From: an uncultured Actinomycetes bacterium | Lineage (GTDB): Bacteria; Actinomycetota; Thermoleophilia; Gaiellales; JAICJC01 | DNA length: 64,000 nucleotides | Direction of reading: 5' to 3' | Assembly (NCBI GenBank): GCA_963843705.1 | Contig: CAWJLQ010000005.1 | Location: forward strand, 668,552 to 732,551 | Part shown: one piece after another, positions 44,741 through 53,647 of the stretch | Position numbering within the stretch: the stretch's first letter is position 1 | Layout: the number at the start of each line of letters is the position of its first letter | Notes under the pieces: generated by a model | Seen by the model: only the letters and a program-made list of their open reading frames with translations | The model's database searches: none | Told to the model about the DNA's origin: nothing | Position numbers and translations under genes: made by a program

Positions 44741-45608
44741 GTGGCCGCAACCCTGCTCGCCTCCAACCTGGGGTTCCCCGAGGGGCCGGTCGTCATGCCG
44801 GACGGCGGCATCGTGTTCTGCGACGGGAACACCGGCCAGCTGCGGCGCTGGCAGGAGGGCGCGCTCGGCGTCCACGCCCGCACCGGCGGCTCGCCCTGGG
44901 GGGCGGTGCTCGGCACCGACGGCGCGATCTACGTCACCCAGGGCGGCAACGTGCCGGGGGATCCGGATCAGAGCGCCGTCGCCGGCATCCAGCGCGTCGC
45001 GCCCGACGGCTCGGTCGAGCTGCTCTGCGCCGAGATCGGCGGCCACCGGCTGGCGGCGCCGAATGACCTCGCCTTCGGCCCCGACGGGCGGCTGTGGTTC
45101 ACGGACTCCGGGACCGAGCAGGACGACCGCTTCGCGCCGGAGGAGCGCGCGCCGGGACGGCTCTTCGCGCTCGCGCCCGGCGGCGCGGCGGAGCTCGTGA
45201 TGGGGCGGCCCGATGGTCTACCCGAACGGGATCGCGTTCGACGCGCAGCGGCGCATGTACTGGACCGAGTCCGCCGCCCACCGCGTCTGCCGCCTCGAGG
45301 GCGGCGATCCCGTCGTCTGGGCGCAGCTGTCCGACGGCCACCGGCCCGACGGTATGGCGTTCGCCGCCGACGGCCGCGCGTTCGTCTGCACGACGATCTC
45401 GGGCGGGGTCACCGTGCTCTCGCCCGACGGCGACGTGCTGGAGGAGATCCCGCTCGGCGAGAACGCCACCAACTGCGTCTTCGCCGGATCGACGCTCTAC
45501 GTCACGGCCACCAGGACCGCGGAGATCCACGCCGACGAGCGCACCGGCAGCCTCTGGCGCGTCGACACCGACGCCGCCGGTCTGCCCCTCCTGCCCGGCG
45601 CCGTCTAG
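44741..45608 (+). pseudogene. SMP-30/gluconolactonase/LRE family gene with one +1 frame shift near 45200
   Basis: GTG 44741 with AAAGGA upstream. The first frame reads ...GFPEGPVVMPDGGIVFCD...PNDLAFGPDGRLWFTDSG...LFALAPGGAAELVMG. It continues in ORF 45213..45608: VYPNGIAFDAQRRMYWTES...PDGMAFAADG. Confidence 0.75.
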
Positions 45609-45624
45609 CCCGGCGCCCTCGAGA

Positions 45625-46612
45625 TCACACCGAGACGACCGTCCCCGTCTCCAGCGCCCGCTCGCACGCGATCGCCACCTCGAGCGTGCGCAGGGCGTCC
45701 GCCGGCGTGCAGAACACCCGGTCCGGGTCGGCGGCGGCGGCCGCCTCGAGAAAGCGCGCGACCGAGCGCCGCAGCGGCTCGCCGTACTCGCCGTCCACCG
45801 CGGCACCCGCGGCGTTTCCGGCGATCCGGTAGCGATCGGGGCCGAGCTCGAGCGACAGGGTGGCGTCGGTGGCGAGCACGTCCGTCGCGTAGACGCCCGG
45901 CTGGCCGTCCCGCGACCACGCGCTGTGAGCGCAGCCGAGCGCGCCGTTCGAGAAGTGGAACACGAGCGTGACGGCGTCCTCGATGTTGCTGCGCGACCGG
46001 TCGGACTGCGCCATCCGCACCGAGCCGGCCATCGCCTGCACGGCGGCGATCTCGCCCGCGAGGGCGCGCTGGAGGTCGATGTGGTGGCTGCCCCGCTCGA
46101 GCAGCTGACCGCCGCCCTGGGCGCGGTCGACGAACCAGGGCCGGTCGGCCGTCGGGCCGAAGTTGCGGCCCACGAGCATGGCGACCCGCTGGCCCGCGAC
46201 CGCCGCCCGGGCGCGCTCGAGGAGCTCGCTGGCGTGCCACTGGTAGCCGACCGCGCAGACCGTGCCGGTCGCCGCCTGCGCGGCCGCGACGATCGCCGCG
46301 GCGTCCTCGGCGGTGCGCGCGATCGGCTTCTCGAGGTAGACGTGCACGCCCATCGCCGAGCGCGGCGACCGCGGGCTCGCGGTGGTGCAGCGGGGGCGTG
46401 CAGATCCAGACGACGTCGAGCGCCTCCTGCTCGAGCATGTCCTGCCAGCGGGCGTAGGCGCGCGCGCCGCGGGGCAGCGCGATCGCCTCGGCGCGGGCGA
46501 GGTCGGTGTCGCACGCGGCGACGAGCTCGACGCCGGCGGCCGCATCGATCTCCGGCACGTGCAGGCGGGCGATCCAGCCGCCGCCGATGATCCCGGCGCG
46601 GCGGACGCTCAC
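45625..46612 (-). pseudogene. Gfo/Idh/MocA oxidoreductase gene with one frame shift near 46345
   Basis: N-terminus in the frame of ORF 45605..46612 (RRAGIIGGGWIARLHVPEI...VWICTPPLHHREPAVAALG). The rest lies in the frame of ORF 45625..46545 (GVHVYLEKPIARTAEDAAAI...). Confidence 0.75.
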
Positions 46613-47580
46613 GCGTCCTCCAGGGCGAGCAGCACCTTGCCGAGCTTGCCGGGCGCACGGACGTGGTCGAGCGCGGCAACCGCCTCGGCGAGGGGGAACA
46701 CGCGGTCGATCAGCGGCCGCAGCCGCCCGGAGGCGAGGGCGGGCACGATCCGGCGGGCGAACTGCTGCACCAGGTACGCCTTCTCCTCGAGCGGGCGCGT
46801 GCGCAGCGTCGTCCCGATCAGGCGGCCGCGCCGGCTCATCAGGTCACGCAGGACGATGCCGGCCTCGTCTCCCGGGCGGGCGCCGACCACGATCAGGCGC
46901 CCGCCGCGCGCCAGCGCCGGGACGTTCGTGCCCATGTGCACGGCGCCGACCAGCTCGAGGATGACGTCCGCGCCGCCGCGCTCGCGGACGTGCTCGGCGG
47001 CCTGGCCGGGCGCGAGCGCCGTCGCGCCCAGCTCGGCCACGCGCGGGCGCAGGCCGGCCGCGCGCACGCCGGCCACGGCCGTCGCGCCGATCAGGCCCGC
47101 GATCTGCACGGCGGCCGTCCCGACGCCGCCGTTGGCGCCGTTCACGAGCAGCGTCTCCCCGGAGGTGAGCCCCGCCTGCAGGACGACGGCGTCGAAGGCC
47201 GTCAGGAACGCCTCGGGCGTCGCCGCGGCGGCCGCGTCGTCGAGCGCGTCGGGTACGGGGGCGAGCTCGCGCTCGTGTGCGATCACACGCTGGGCGAGGC
47301 CGCCGCCGCCCACCAGCCCGAAGGCGCGGTCGCCCTCGGCAAACGCGCTCACGCCGTCGCCGCAGGCGACGACGCGACCGGCCACCTCGAGCCCGGGAAC
47401 GTCGGCCGGCGAACCGGGCGGCACCGGGTGCCTGCCCTCGCGCTGCAGGACGTCGGCCGGATTCACGCCCGCGTATGCGGGCGCGATCGCCACCTCGAAC
47501 CGCCCGGGCTGCGGATCGGGCCGCTCCTCGACCGCCGTCACCTCGGGCCCACCGACTCCGCGGAAGACGACGCACCTCAC
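46609..47580 (-). CDS. NADPH:quinone oxidoreductase / zeta-crystallin-type MDR
   Basis: GTG 47580 (GTGA overlaps at both ends). VNPADVLQREG..., LLVNGANGGVGTAAVQIA. Confidence 0.88.
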   Translation of the reverse strand: MRCVVFRGVGGPEVTAVEERPDPQPGRFEVAIAPAYAGVNPADVLQREGRHPVPPGSPADVPGLEVAGRVVACGDGVSAFAEGDRAFGLVGGGGLAQRVIAHERELAPVPDALDDAAAAATPEAFLTAFDAVVLQAGLTSGETLLVNGANGGVGTAAVQIAGLIGATAVAGVRAAGLRPRVAELGATALAPGQAAEHVRERGGADVILELVGAVHMGTNVPALARGGRLIVVGARPGDEAGIVLRDLMSRRGRLIGTTLRTRPLEEKAYLVQQFARRIVPALASGRLRPLIDRVFPLAEAVAALDHVRAPGKLGKVLLALEDA

Positions 47581-48491
47581 GCGGGCGGGTACCGGTCGAG
47601 CCACCAGCGGGCGATATCGCAGCGGCGCATGAACCTCACGCCCGGCTGCGCGACGGCGTGCTCGAGGAAGGCACGCACCGCGGCCGCGCGCGCCGCCTGA
47701 CCGCTCCAGCGCGCATGCACCGCGACCGTCATCATCGTCGCCCGCTCCCGGCTCTCGCGGACGAGCTCGTCGAGGCCCATGACCGCCGTCTCGACGAAGT
47801 CGCGGGGGCTGGCGAAGCCCGGGTTCATCAGGAACCGCGCGTCGTTGTAGGTCTTCGAGTAGGGCACGACGAGCATCGGCGTGCCCGCGATGTCCTCGTA
47901 ATAGGGCACGTCGTCGGAGTAGCCCTCGGAGTGGTAGAGGAAGCCGCCGTGCTCGATCAGGAGCTCGCGCGTGTTCTCGCTCGGCCACGACCGCGAGTTC
48001 CAGCCTTCGGGGGCGCTTCCGAGCACGCGCCTGTACGTCTCGACGGCCCGGGCAATGTGCTCGCGCTCCTCGTCGCGCGACATCGTCCACGGCTCGTTCC
48101 AGCGCCAGCCGTGCCCCATCAGGTCGTGGCCTCGTTCCCGCATCCAGGCCGGCACGGCCGGGTTCAGCTCGAGCGCGACCGCCGCGGCCGAGACCGTCAC
48201 CGGGACGCCGAAACCGTCGCAGATCCGCGCCAGCCGCCACACGCCGGCGCGGCTGCCGTACTCGTAGTGCGACTCCGTGCCGGGGTCACGATGCGGCGGC
48301 TGGACGCCGGGGTCGGCGTACTCGCCCCAGCCGTCGTTGCGCGAGTCGCCCCAGAGCACCGAATACTCCGACCCCTCCTCGTAGACGAGGACGAGGTTCA
48401 CGACGACGCGCGCGCCGTCGGGCCACTCCCAGCTCGGGGGCGTGCGGCCGTAGCCGGCCAGGTCGCGACCCCGCACGGGCTCGGGGATCAC
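47577..48491 (-). CDS. Polysaccharide-deacetylase-fold protein of the PuuE (allantoinase-like) type
   Basis: GTG 48491 (GTGA overlap). VVNLVLVYEEGSEYS...YEYGSRAGVWRL...HGWRW... Confidence 0.75.
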   Translation of the reverse strand: MIPEPVRGRDLAGYGRTPPSWEWPDGARVVVNLVLVYEEGSEYSVLWGDSRNDGWGEYADPGVQPPHRDPGTESHYEYGSRAGVWRLARICDGFGVPVTVSAAAVALELNPAVPAWMRERGHDLMGHGWRWNEPWTMSRDEEREHIARAVETYRRVLGSAPEGWNSRSWPSENTRELLIEHGGFLYHSEGYSDDVPYYEDIAGTPMLVVPYSKTYNDARFLMNPGFASPRDFVETAVMGLDELVRESRERATMMTVAVHARWSGQAARAAAVRAFLEHAVAQPGVRFMRRCDIARWWLDRYPPA

Positions 48492-49120
48492 GCCCGCGGC
48501 CCCATGGCGGCGAAGGCCGGACGGGCCGTGACCGTGTCGCGCAGGCGCGCCACCTTCGGCCAGGGCGCGAAGTCGAGCGGAAGCCGGTACCAGCGCCAGA
48601 GCACCGGTGCGAACGCACAGTCGGCGATCGTGAAGGCGCCGGTGACGGTGCCGTTTCCGGCCACGAACCGCTCCATGACGTCGAGCTTCGGCCGCACCGC
48701 CTCGATCGCCGTCGCGAGGGCAGCCTGGTCGGCGTCCTCCGCGCGGCTTCCGCCCTGCTCCCAGTCGCCGTGCATCAGACCGATCCGCTCGGCCGGGAAG
48801 AACGCGCCTCGGAACTGCGTGCTCCAGGCGTCGAGCGCCCAGTCGACCACCGCCCTGGCGGCCGGCTCGGCCGGGTAGAGATCGACGCGGCCCTCGCGGT
48901 CGGCCAGGTAGCGCAGGATGGCGTTCGACTCGCCCAGCTCGAGGTCGCCGTCCTCGAGGAACGGCACCGTCCCGAACGGGTAGCGCTCCACGTACCAGTC
49001 CGGGCGCGGCCGGGCCAGGGGCACGTGCCTGCGCTCGTACTCGATGCCGAGCTCGGCCAGCAGGAAGCGCACCTTCATGGCGTTCGACGAGGCCGGGTTG
49101 TCGTAGAGGAGAAGGCCCAT
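48488..49120 (-). CDS. Glutathione S-transferase
   Basis: LLLYDNPASSNAMKVRFLLAELGIEYE...VPFLEDGDLELGESNAILRYL. Confidence 0.88.
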   Translation of the reverse strand: MGLLLYDNPASSNAMKVRFLLAELGIEYERRHVPLARPRPDWYVERYPFGTVPFLEDGDLELGESNAILRYLADREGRVDLYPAEPAARAVVDWALDAWSTQFRGAFFPAERIGLMHGDWEQGGSRAEDADQAALATAIEAVRPKLDVMERFVAGNGTVTGAFTIADCAFAPVLWRWYRLPLDFAPWPKVARLRDTVTARPAFAAMGPRA

Positions 49121-49175
49121 CCGAGCTCGAGCGGCATGCCATCCTACCCCGGCGCCCGCGGGCGGGCGACGGGGC

Positions 49176-49616
49176 CTACACGGGGATGATGTCGGCGGTC
49201 ACGTGCAGCCTCACACGCGGCGAGACCGCCTGGCAGACGGGGCAGTGCCGCTCTGCCTCCTCGACCAGCGCCCGCACGCCGGCCTCGTCCGCCGGCGACG
49301 CGATCACGGCATGCAGGTGGGCGTCGGAGAGGTGATGGCCGGCGCCGTCGCCCCAGGCGAGCCGGGTGGAGACGGTGGTCTCGATCTCCGCCACCGCGAT
49401 GCCCCGCTCCCGGGCCAGTCCGGTCAGCGTCGACGTGAAGCAGTTGGCGAGCGCTGCGGAGAAGAGCTCCTCGGGGTTCGACTCGCCGCCCGGTCCGCCG
49501 AGCTCCTGCTGCGTCGCTGTGGCGACGGAGAGCGCGCCGGACCCTCCCTCAACGCGTCCGCGCAGGCCCTCCCAGCGGAGGGTGGCCGTGGCCTGTAACG
49601 ATTCCATGACAGCCAC
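49176..49616 (-). CDS. OsmC/Ohr family peroxiredoxin-like protein
   Basis: NPEELFSAALANCF ... HCPVCQAV contains the two conserved Cys. Confidence 0.88.
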   Translation of the reverse strand: MAVMESLQATATLRWEGLRGRVEGGSGALSVATATQQELGGPGGESNPEELFSAALANCFTSTLTGLARERGIAVAEIETTVSTRLAWGDGAGHHLSDAHLHAVIASPADEAGVRALVEEAERHCPVCQAVSPRVRLHVTADIIPV

Positions 49617-49647
49617 TCTAGACCGCGGAGGCGGCCGGTTGACCCCA

Positions 49648-49670
49648 TGGTAGGTTTGTCAAATCGACCA
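49648..49670. promoter_or_regulatory. Candidate GntR-family operator
   Basis: TGGTAGGTTTGTCAAATCGACCA (TGGT-N15-ACCA; inner arms match 8/10), 26 nt upstream of the GntR gene start. Confidence 0.35.
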
Positions 49671-49695
49671 GCCTGGCCACACAGAGTCAACACGG

Positions 49696-50406
49696 GTGTT
49701 CGAGGCGGTCGATCGCGACGCGCGGCTCTCCGACAAGGTGACGGAGGCGATCCTGCAGACGATCGTCTCGAACCGCCTGAAGCCGGGGGATGCGCTGCCG
49801 CCGGAGCGGGAGCTGGGCAAGCAGTTCGGCGTCTCCCGCACGGTGATCCGCGAGGCGCTGCGGGCGCTGCACGCGAAGGGCCTCCTGGAGGTGCGCAGCG
49901 GCAGCGGCGTGCGCGTCGTGGCCGTCGACGGGAAGAACGTCTCGGAGTCGATGCGCCACTTCGTCAACGGCAGCATGCTCGACTACGCGAAGGTGGACGA
50001 GGTGCGGCGGGTGCTCGAGGTCGCGGCCGCGGGCATCGCCGCGGAGCGGGCGACGGCCAAGGATCTCGAGCGGATCGATGCGACGCTGCGCGAGATGGCC
50101 GCGAGCGTCGACGACCTGGCGACGAGCATCGAGGTCGACCTCGACTTCCACCGGGCGATCGCGGGCGCGACGCACAACGAGCTCTTCGGCGTGCTGCACG
50201 ACGCCATCGGCGAGATGCTCGTCGAGGTGCGGCGGCGCAACCTCTCGCTGGGTCGGGCCGAGCGGCGGCGCGTGATCGAGATGCACACGGCGATCCGCGA
50301 CCGCGTCGCCGCGCACGACCCGGACGGCGCCGAGCGGGCGATGCGCGACCATCTGGATCACGTGCAGGCCACATGGAGCGGGCGCGCTCCCAGCCTGCAC
50401 GACTAG
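49696..50406 (+). CDS. GntR-family regulator (FadR/FCD subfamily)
   Basis: LPPERELGKQFGVSRTVIREALRALHAKGLLEVRSGSGVRV plus an FCD-like C-terminus. Confidence 0.88.
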   Translation: MFEAVDRDARLSDKVTEAILQTIVSNRLKPGDALPPERELGKQFGVSRTVIREALRALHAKGLLEVRSGSGVRVVAVDGKNVSESMRHFVNGSMLDYAKVDEVRRVLEVAAAGIAAERATAKDLERIDATLREMAASVDDLATSIEVDLDFHRAIAGATHNELFGVLHDAIGEMLVEVRRRNLSLGRAERRRVIEMHTAIRDRVAAHDPDGAERAMRDHLDHVQATWSGRAPSLHD

Positions 50407-51053
50407 CCGGGGGCGGGCGCTCCCGGCCGGGAGAGCTCCGCCACCACCGGCGCCGGCAGTCCGAGCGAGGCCAGGTGCCCGATCAGCAGGCCGCGGGCGG
50501 CCTCCCAGCCGTCGGTCAGCCACGCCCGCAACCCGAGGCCGTCGACCAGGCGCGCCAGCACCCTGGCCTGAACCGCGGGATCGAGATCGGGCGGCAGCAG
50601 CCCGTCATCCTCCAGCCGGCGCAGCATCGCGCGGATCTCCGCCTCCCACTTCGCGTTCGTCGCATCCAGCTCGTCCTCGAAGGCCCGGAACCTGCCGGCG
50701 TAGCTCCACATCTCGGCCCACAGGCGCCACTCCGCCCGCCGCTCCGGCTCCGCCGGGATCGCGACTGACACGAACGCCGCGATCAGCTCCGGACCGGTCT
50801 GCGCCGAGCGCATCGCCCGGCGCGCGTTCGCGATCCAGTCGCGTGAGATCGCGGCGAAGGTGCCGGCGATCAGCGCCTGCTTGTCCGGAAAGTAGTGGGT
50901 CAGGACGCCGGTCGTGAACCCGCCCTCGCGCGAGATCTCGCGCAGGGTCGTCGCCTCGAGGCCGTCGCGCATGATCACACGCCTCGCGGCGTCCGCGATC
51001 TCGTCGAACCTCTTGCCGGAGCGGTGGCTCGTCGGCGGGTGGCGCTCGTTCAT
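50403..51053 (-). CDS. TetR-family regulator
   Basis: ATG 51053 (MNERHPP) lies inside ORF 50403..51095. RRVIMRDGLEATTLREISREGGFTTGVLTHYF. Confidence 0.85.
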   Translation of the reverse strand: MNERHPPTSHRSGKRFDEIADAARRVIMRDGLEATTLREISREGGFTTGVLTHYFPDKQALIAGTFAAISRDWIANARRAMRSAQTGPELIAAFVSVAIPAEPERRAEWRLWAEMWSYAGRFRAFEDELDATNAKWEAEIRAMLRRLEDDGLLPPDLDPAVQARVLARLVDGLGLRAWLTDGWEAARGLLIGHLASLGLPAPVVAELSRPGAPAPG

Positions 51054-51237
51054 CGGGCCGTCTGCTCGGTCCTCCGACCCCGGTTGCGCGTCCACGGGGC
51101 CCCCTGCTTTACTGCACCATCATAATTGTTGTGACGGAAGCTGTCGATGGAGATCCGGCCCGCCGCGCCGCGGCCGTCCGGGAGAGCGGCGCGATCGCCC
51201 GGCAGCCTAGCGGCAGGCCGGGCGGCACGGTCGGCTG

Positions 51238-52368
51238 ATGCCGGAGCGACGTGTGGACTGGGCGGCCCTCGCCAGGCCGTCGCTCGCGGGGATCGAGCCG
51301 TACGACCCCGGCGAGACGCGTGACGAACTGGCCGAGCGGCAGGGGCTCGACGAGCTGCATCCGCTGAACTGGAACGAGGACCTGTTCGGGCCGCCGGAGG
51401 AGGTGCTGGCGGCGGCCCGGGCCGAGCTCGACCGGGCGCAGCTCTACCCGGAGCGGGCGTACGCCGACTTCCGCGCGGCCGTCGCCGCCTGGATCGGCGT
51501 GCCGCCGCCCGCCGTCGTGCCGGCTCACGGCGCCCAGGCCGTGATCGCCGCGCTGGCCGCGGCGTTCGTCGACCCGGGCACGAACGTCGTCATCCCCGAG
51601 CCCACCTACGGGCTGTACGCCCAGGTGTGCGCGGCCGGCGGCGCGGCGGTGACACGAGTTCCGAGCCGCGGCCTCGCACTCGACCTCGAGGCGGTCGCGG
51701 AGGCGGCGCACCGCACGGCCGCCAGGATCGTGTGGCTGTGCGATCCGAACAATCCCACAGGCCTCCTGCTCGGCCGAGACGAGTGGGAGCACTTCCTCGA
51801 CGACCTCCCGGAGCGGTGCGCCGTCGTCGTCGACGAGGCCTACGGGGACTTCGCCGACCCGGAGCTGCGCGTCCGGCGCGAGCGCGACGTGCTCGATGGG
51901 CGGCCGGTGATCGTGATCCGCTCGTTCTCGAAGGTGTTCGGGCTGGCCGGGCTGCGGCTCGGCTACGCGGTGTGCGACCCGGCCGTGGCCGCGCTCCTGA
52001 ACGTCGTCCAGGAGCCGTTCAACGTGAACCGCGTGGCGCTCGCCGCCGGGCGCGCCGCGGTCGGCGTCCCCGGGTTCGTCGAGCACCGGCGGGCACAGGT
52101 GGCGCGGGCGCGGGACGCATTCGCCGAGGCCCTGGAGGGCTCGGGCATCGAGGTCGTCCGCTCGCAGTCGAACTTCGTGCTCCTGCGCCTCGGCGGCGAC
52201 GAGCGCGGGGTCTGCGACGAGCTGATGCGGCAGGGGATCCTCGTTCGCGCGGGCAGCACGCTCGGGCTGCCCGGATACATCCGGGTGACGATGGCGCCGG
52301 ACGAGCTGGTGCGCCGGGCGGCGACCGCGATCGCCGCGGCGTGGCGCAACGGCGGCCGGTCCCCGTGA
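51238..52368 (+). CDS. Class II aminotransferase (histidinol-phosphate aminotransferase family)
   Basis: LCDPNNPTG, VVVDEAY, and RSFSKVFGLAGLRLGY with a PLP-binding Lys. Confidence 0.88.
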   Translation: MPERRVDWAALARPSLAGIEPYDPGETRDELAERQGLDELHPLNWNEDLFGPPEEVLAAARAELDRAQLYPERAYADFRAAVAAWIGVPPPAVVPAHGAQAVIAALAAAFVDPGTNVVIPEPTYGLYAQVCAAGGAAVTRVPSRGLALDLEAVAEAAHRTAARIVWLCDPNNPTGLLLGRDEWEHFLDDLPERCAVVVDEAYGDFADPELRVRRERDVLDGRPVIVIRSFSKVFGLAGLRLGYAVCDPAVAALLNVVQEPFNVNRVALAAGRAAVGVPGFVEHRRAQVARARDAFAEALEGSGIEVVRSQSNFVLLRLGGDERGVCDELMRQGILVRAGSTLGLPGYIRVTMAPDELVRRAATAIAAAWRNGGRSP

Positions 52369-53561
52369 GCGCGGCGGCGGAGCGGGTGATGGCCCGCGCC
52401 GACGAGCTGGCCGCCTGCACCGAGCGCCCCGGCGAGATCACCCGCCGCTACGGCACCCCAGCCCTCGTCGCCGCCCGCGACCTGCTGCAGGAGTGGATGC
52501 ACAGCGCGGGCATGACGACACGCGTCGACCGGGTCGGCAATCTGATCGGGACGCTGCCCGGCGGCGGGCGCCCCCGGCTCGCAATCGGCTCGCACTTCGA
52601 CACGGTCGTCGACGCGGGCCGCTACGACGGGACGCTCGGCATCCTGCTCGGCATCGCCTGCGCGGAGGGGCTGCGCGACCGCGAGCGTGCGCACGACGTC
52701 GTGGTGATCGCGTTCTGCGACGAGGAGGGGGCGCGGTTCCCGACCGCCTACCTCGGCAGCCGGGCGCTGCTGGACGCCGGCACGCCGACCGACCCGGCGA
52801 TGGCCGATGCCGACGGCGAGACGCTCGGCGCGGCGCTGGCCCTGGCCGGCAACCCCGAAGCGCCGGCCGGCTCCGCCCTGCCCGACGGCGTCGTCGCGTA
52901 TCTCGAGCCGCACATCGAGCAGGGGCCCGTGCTCGACGCCGGCGGACACCCGCTCGGCATCATCACGGCGATCACGGGCGGGACGAAGCTCGCGATCACG
53001 CTCACGGGGACGGCCGGGCACGCCGGGACGGTGCCGATGCGGCTGCGCCGGGACGCGCTCGCGGCGGCCGCCGAGGTGGCGCTCGCCGCCGAGCGCCTGG
53101 CGCGCGAGGACGGAGAGGCGGTGGCGACGGTGGGACAGCTCGCCGTGTCACCCGGTGCCGCGAACGTCATCCCCGGACGCGTGGCGATGACGGTGGACGC
53201 CCGCCACCCCGACGACGCCCGCCGGACGCGGCTCGTGGCCGGCGTGCGTGCCGCTGTCGAGGAGGCCTCGCGGCGGCGTGGGGTCGAGGCGCGGATCGCG
53301 GTCGTGCACGACGAGCGCTCGGTCGTCTGCGACCCGGGGCTGGCCGGCCAATTGGCGTCCGCCGCGCAGTCGATTGGCCTGGATCCGCCGACGCTTCCGA
53401 GCGGCGCCGGCCACGATGCGGCGGTCATGGCCGGGGCGGTGCCGGTGGCGATGCTCTTCGTCCGCTGCCGGGACGGGATCAGCCACAACCCGGCGGAGTC
53501 CGTCAGGGTCGAGGACGTCGCCGCCGCCGTCGATGTCCTCGCCCGGGTGGTCGCAGGCTGA
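52365..53561 (+). CDS. M20-family amidohydrolase (allantoate amidohydrolase / N-carbamoyl-L-amino-acid hydrolase type)
   Basis: GTG 52365 (GTGA overlap). GSHFDTVVDAGRYDGTLG, FCDEEGARF, GTAGHAGTVPM, SGAGHDA. Confidence 0.88.
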   Translation: MSAAAERVMARADELAACTERPGEITRRYGTPALVAARDLLQEWMHSAGMTTRVDRVGNLIGTLPGGGRPRLAIGSHFDTVVDAGRYDGTLGILLGIACAEGLRDRERAHDVVVIAFCDEEGARFPTAYLGSRALLDAGTPTDPAMADADGETLGAALALAGNPEAPAGSALPDGVVAYLEPHIEQGPVLDAGGHPLGIITAITGGTKLAITLTGTAGHAGTVPMRLRRDALAAAAEVALAAERLAREDGEAVATVGQLAVSPGAANVIPGRVAMTVDARHPDDARRTRLVAGVRAAVEEASRRRGVEARIAVVHDERSVVCDPGLAGQLASAAQSIGLDPPTLPSGAGHDAAVMAGAVPVAMLFVRCRDGISHNPAESVRVEDVAAAVDVLARVVAG

Positions 53562-53567
53562 CCGAAC

Positions 53568-53636
53568 CGGGGCCAGGCCCCGTTCATGGGAGCGTCACGG
53601 AAGTGCACCGGCCGGCGTTCGGGGTCTGACCCCGAT
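53568..53636. repeat. Structured intergenic repeat element, copy B
   Basis: CGGGGCCAGGCCCCG - 9 nt - GCGTCAC - 6 nt - GCAC - 4 nt - CGGCGTTCG-G-GGTCTGACCCCG. It fills the 86-nt gap between convergent genes. Confidence 0.7.
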
Positions 53637-53647
53637 TGTGCAGCCTC

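Noticed and set aside
51096-51237. CACCATCATAATTGTTGTG in the TetR/aminotransferase divergent region as a TetR operator.
   Set aside because: Only about 12 of 19 positions are self-complementary, so the palindrome is too weak to support a call without comparative data.
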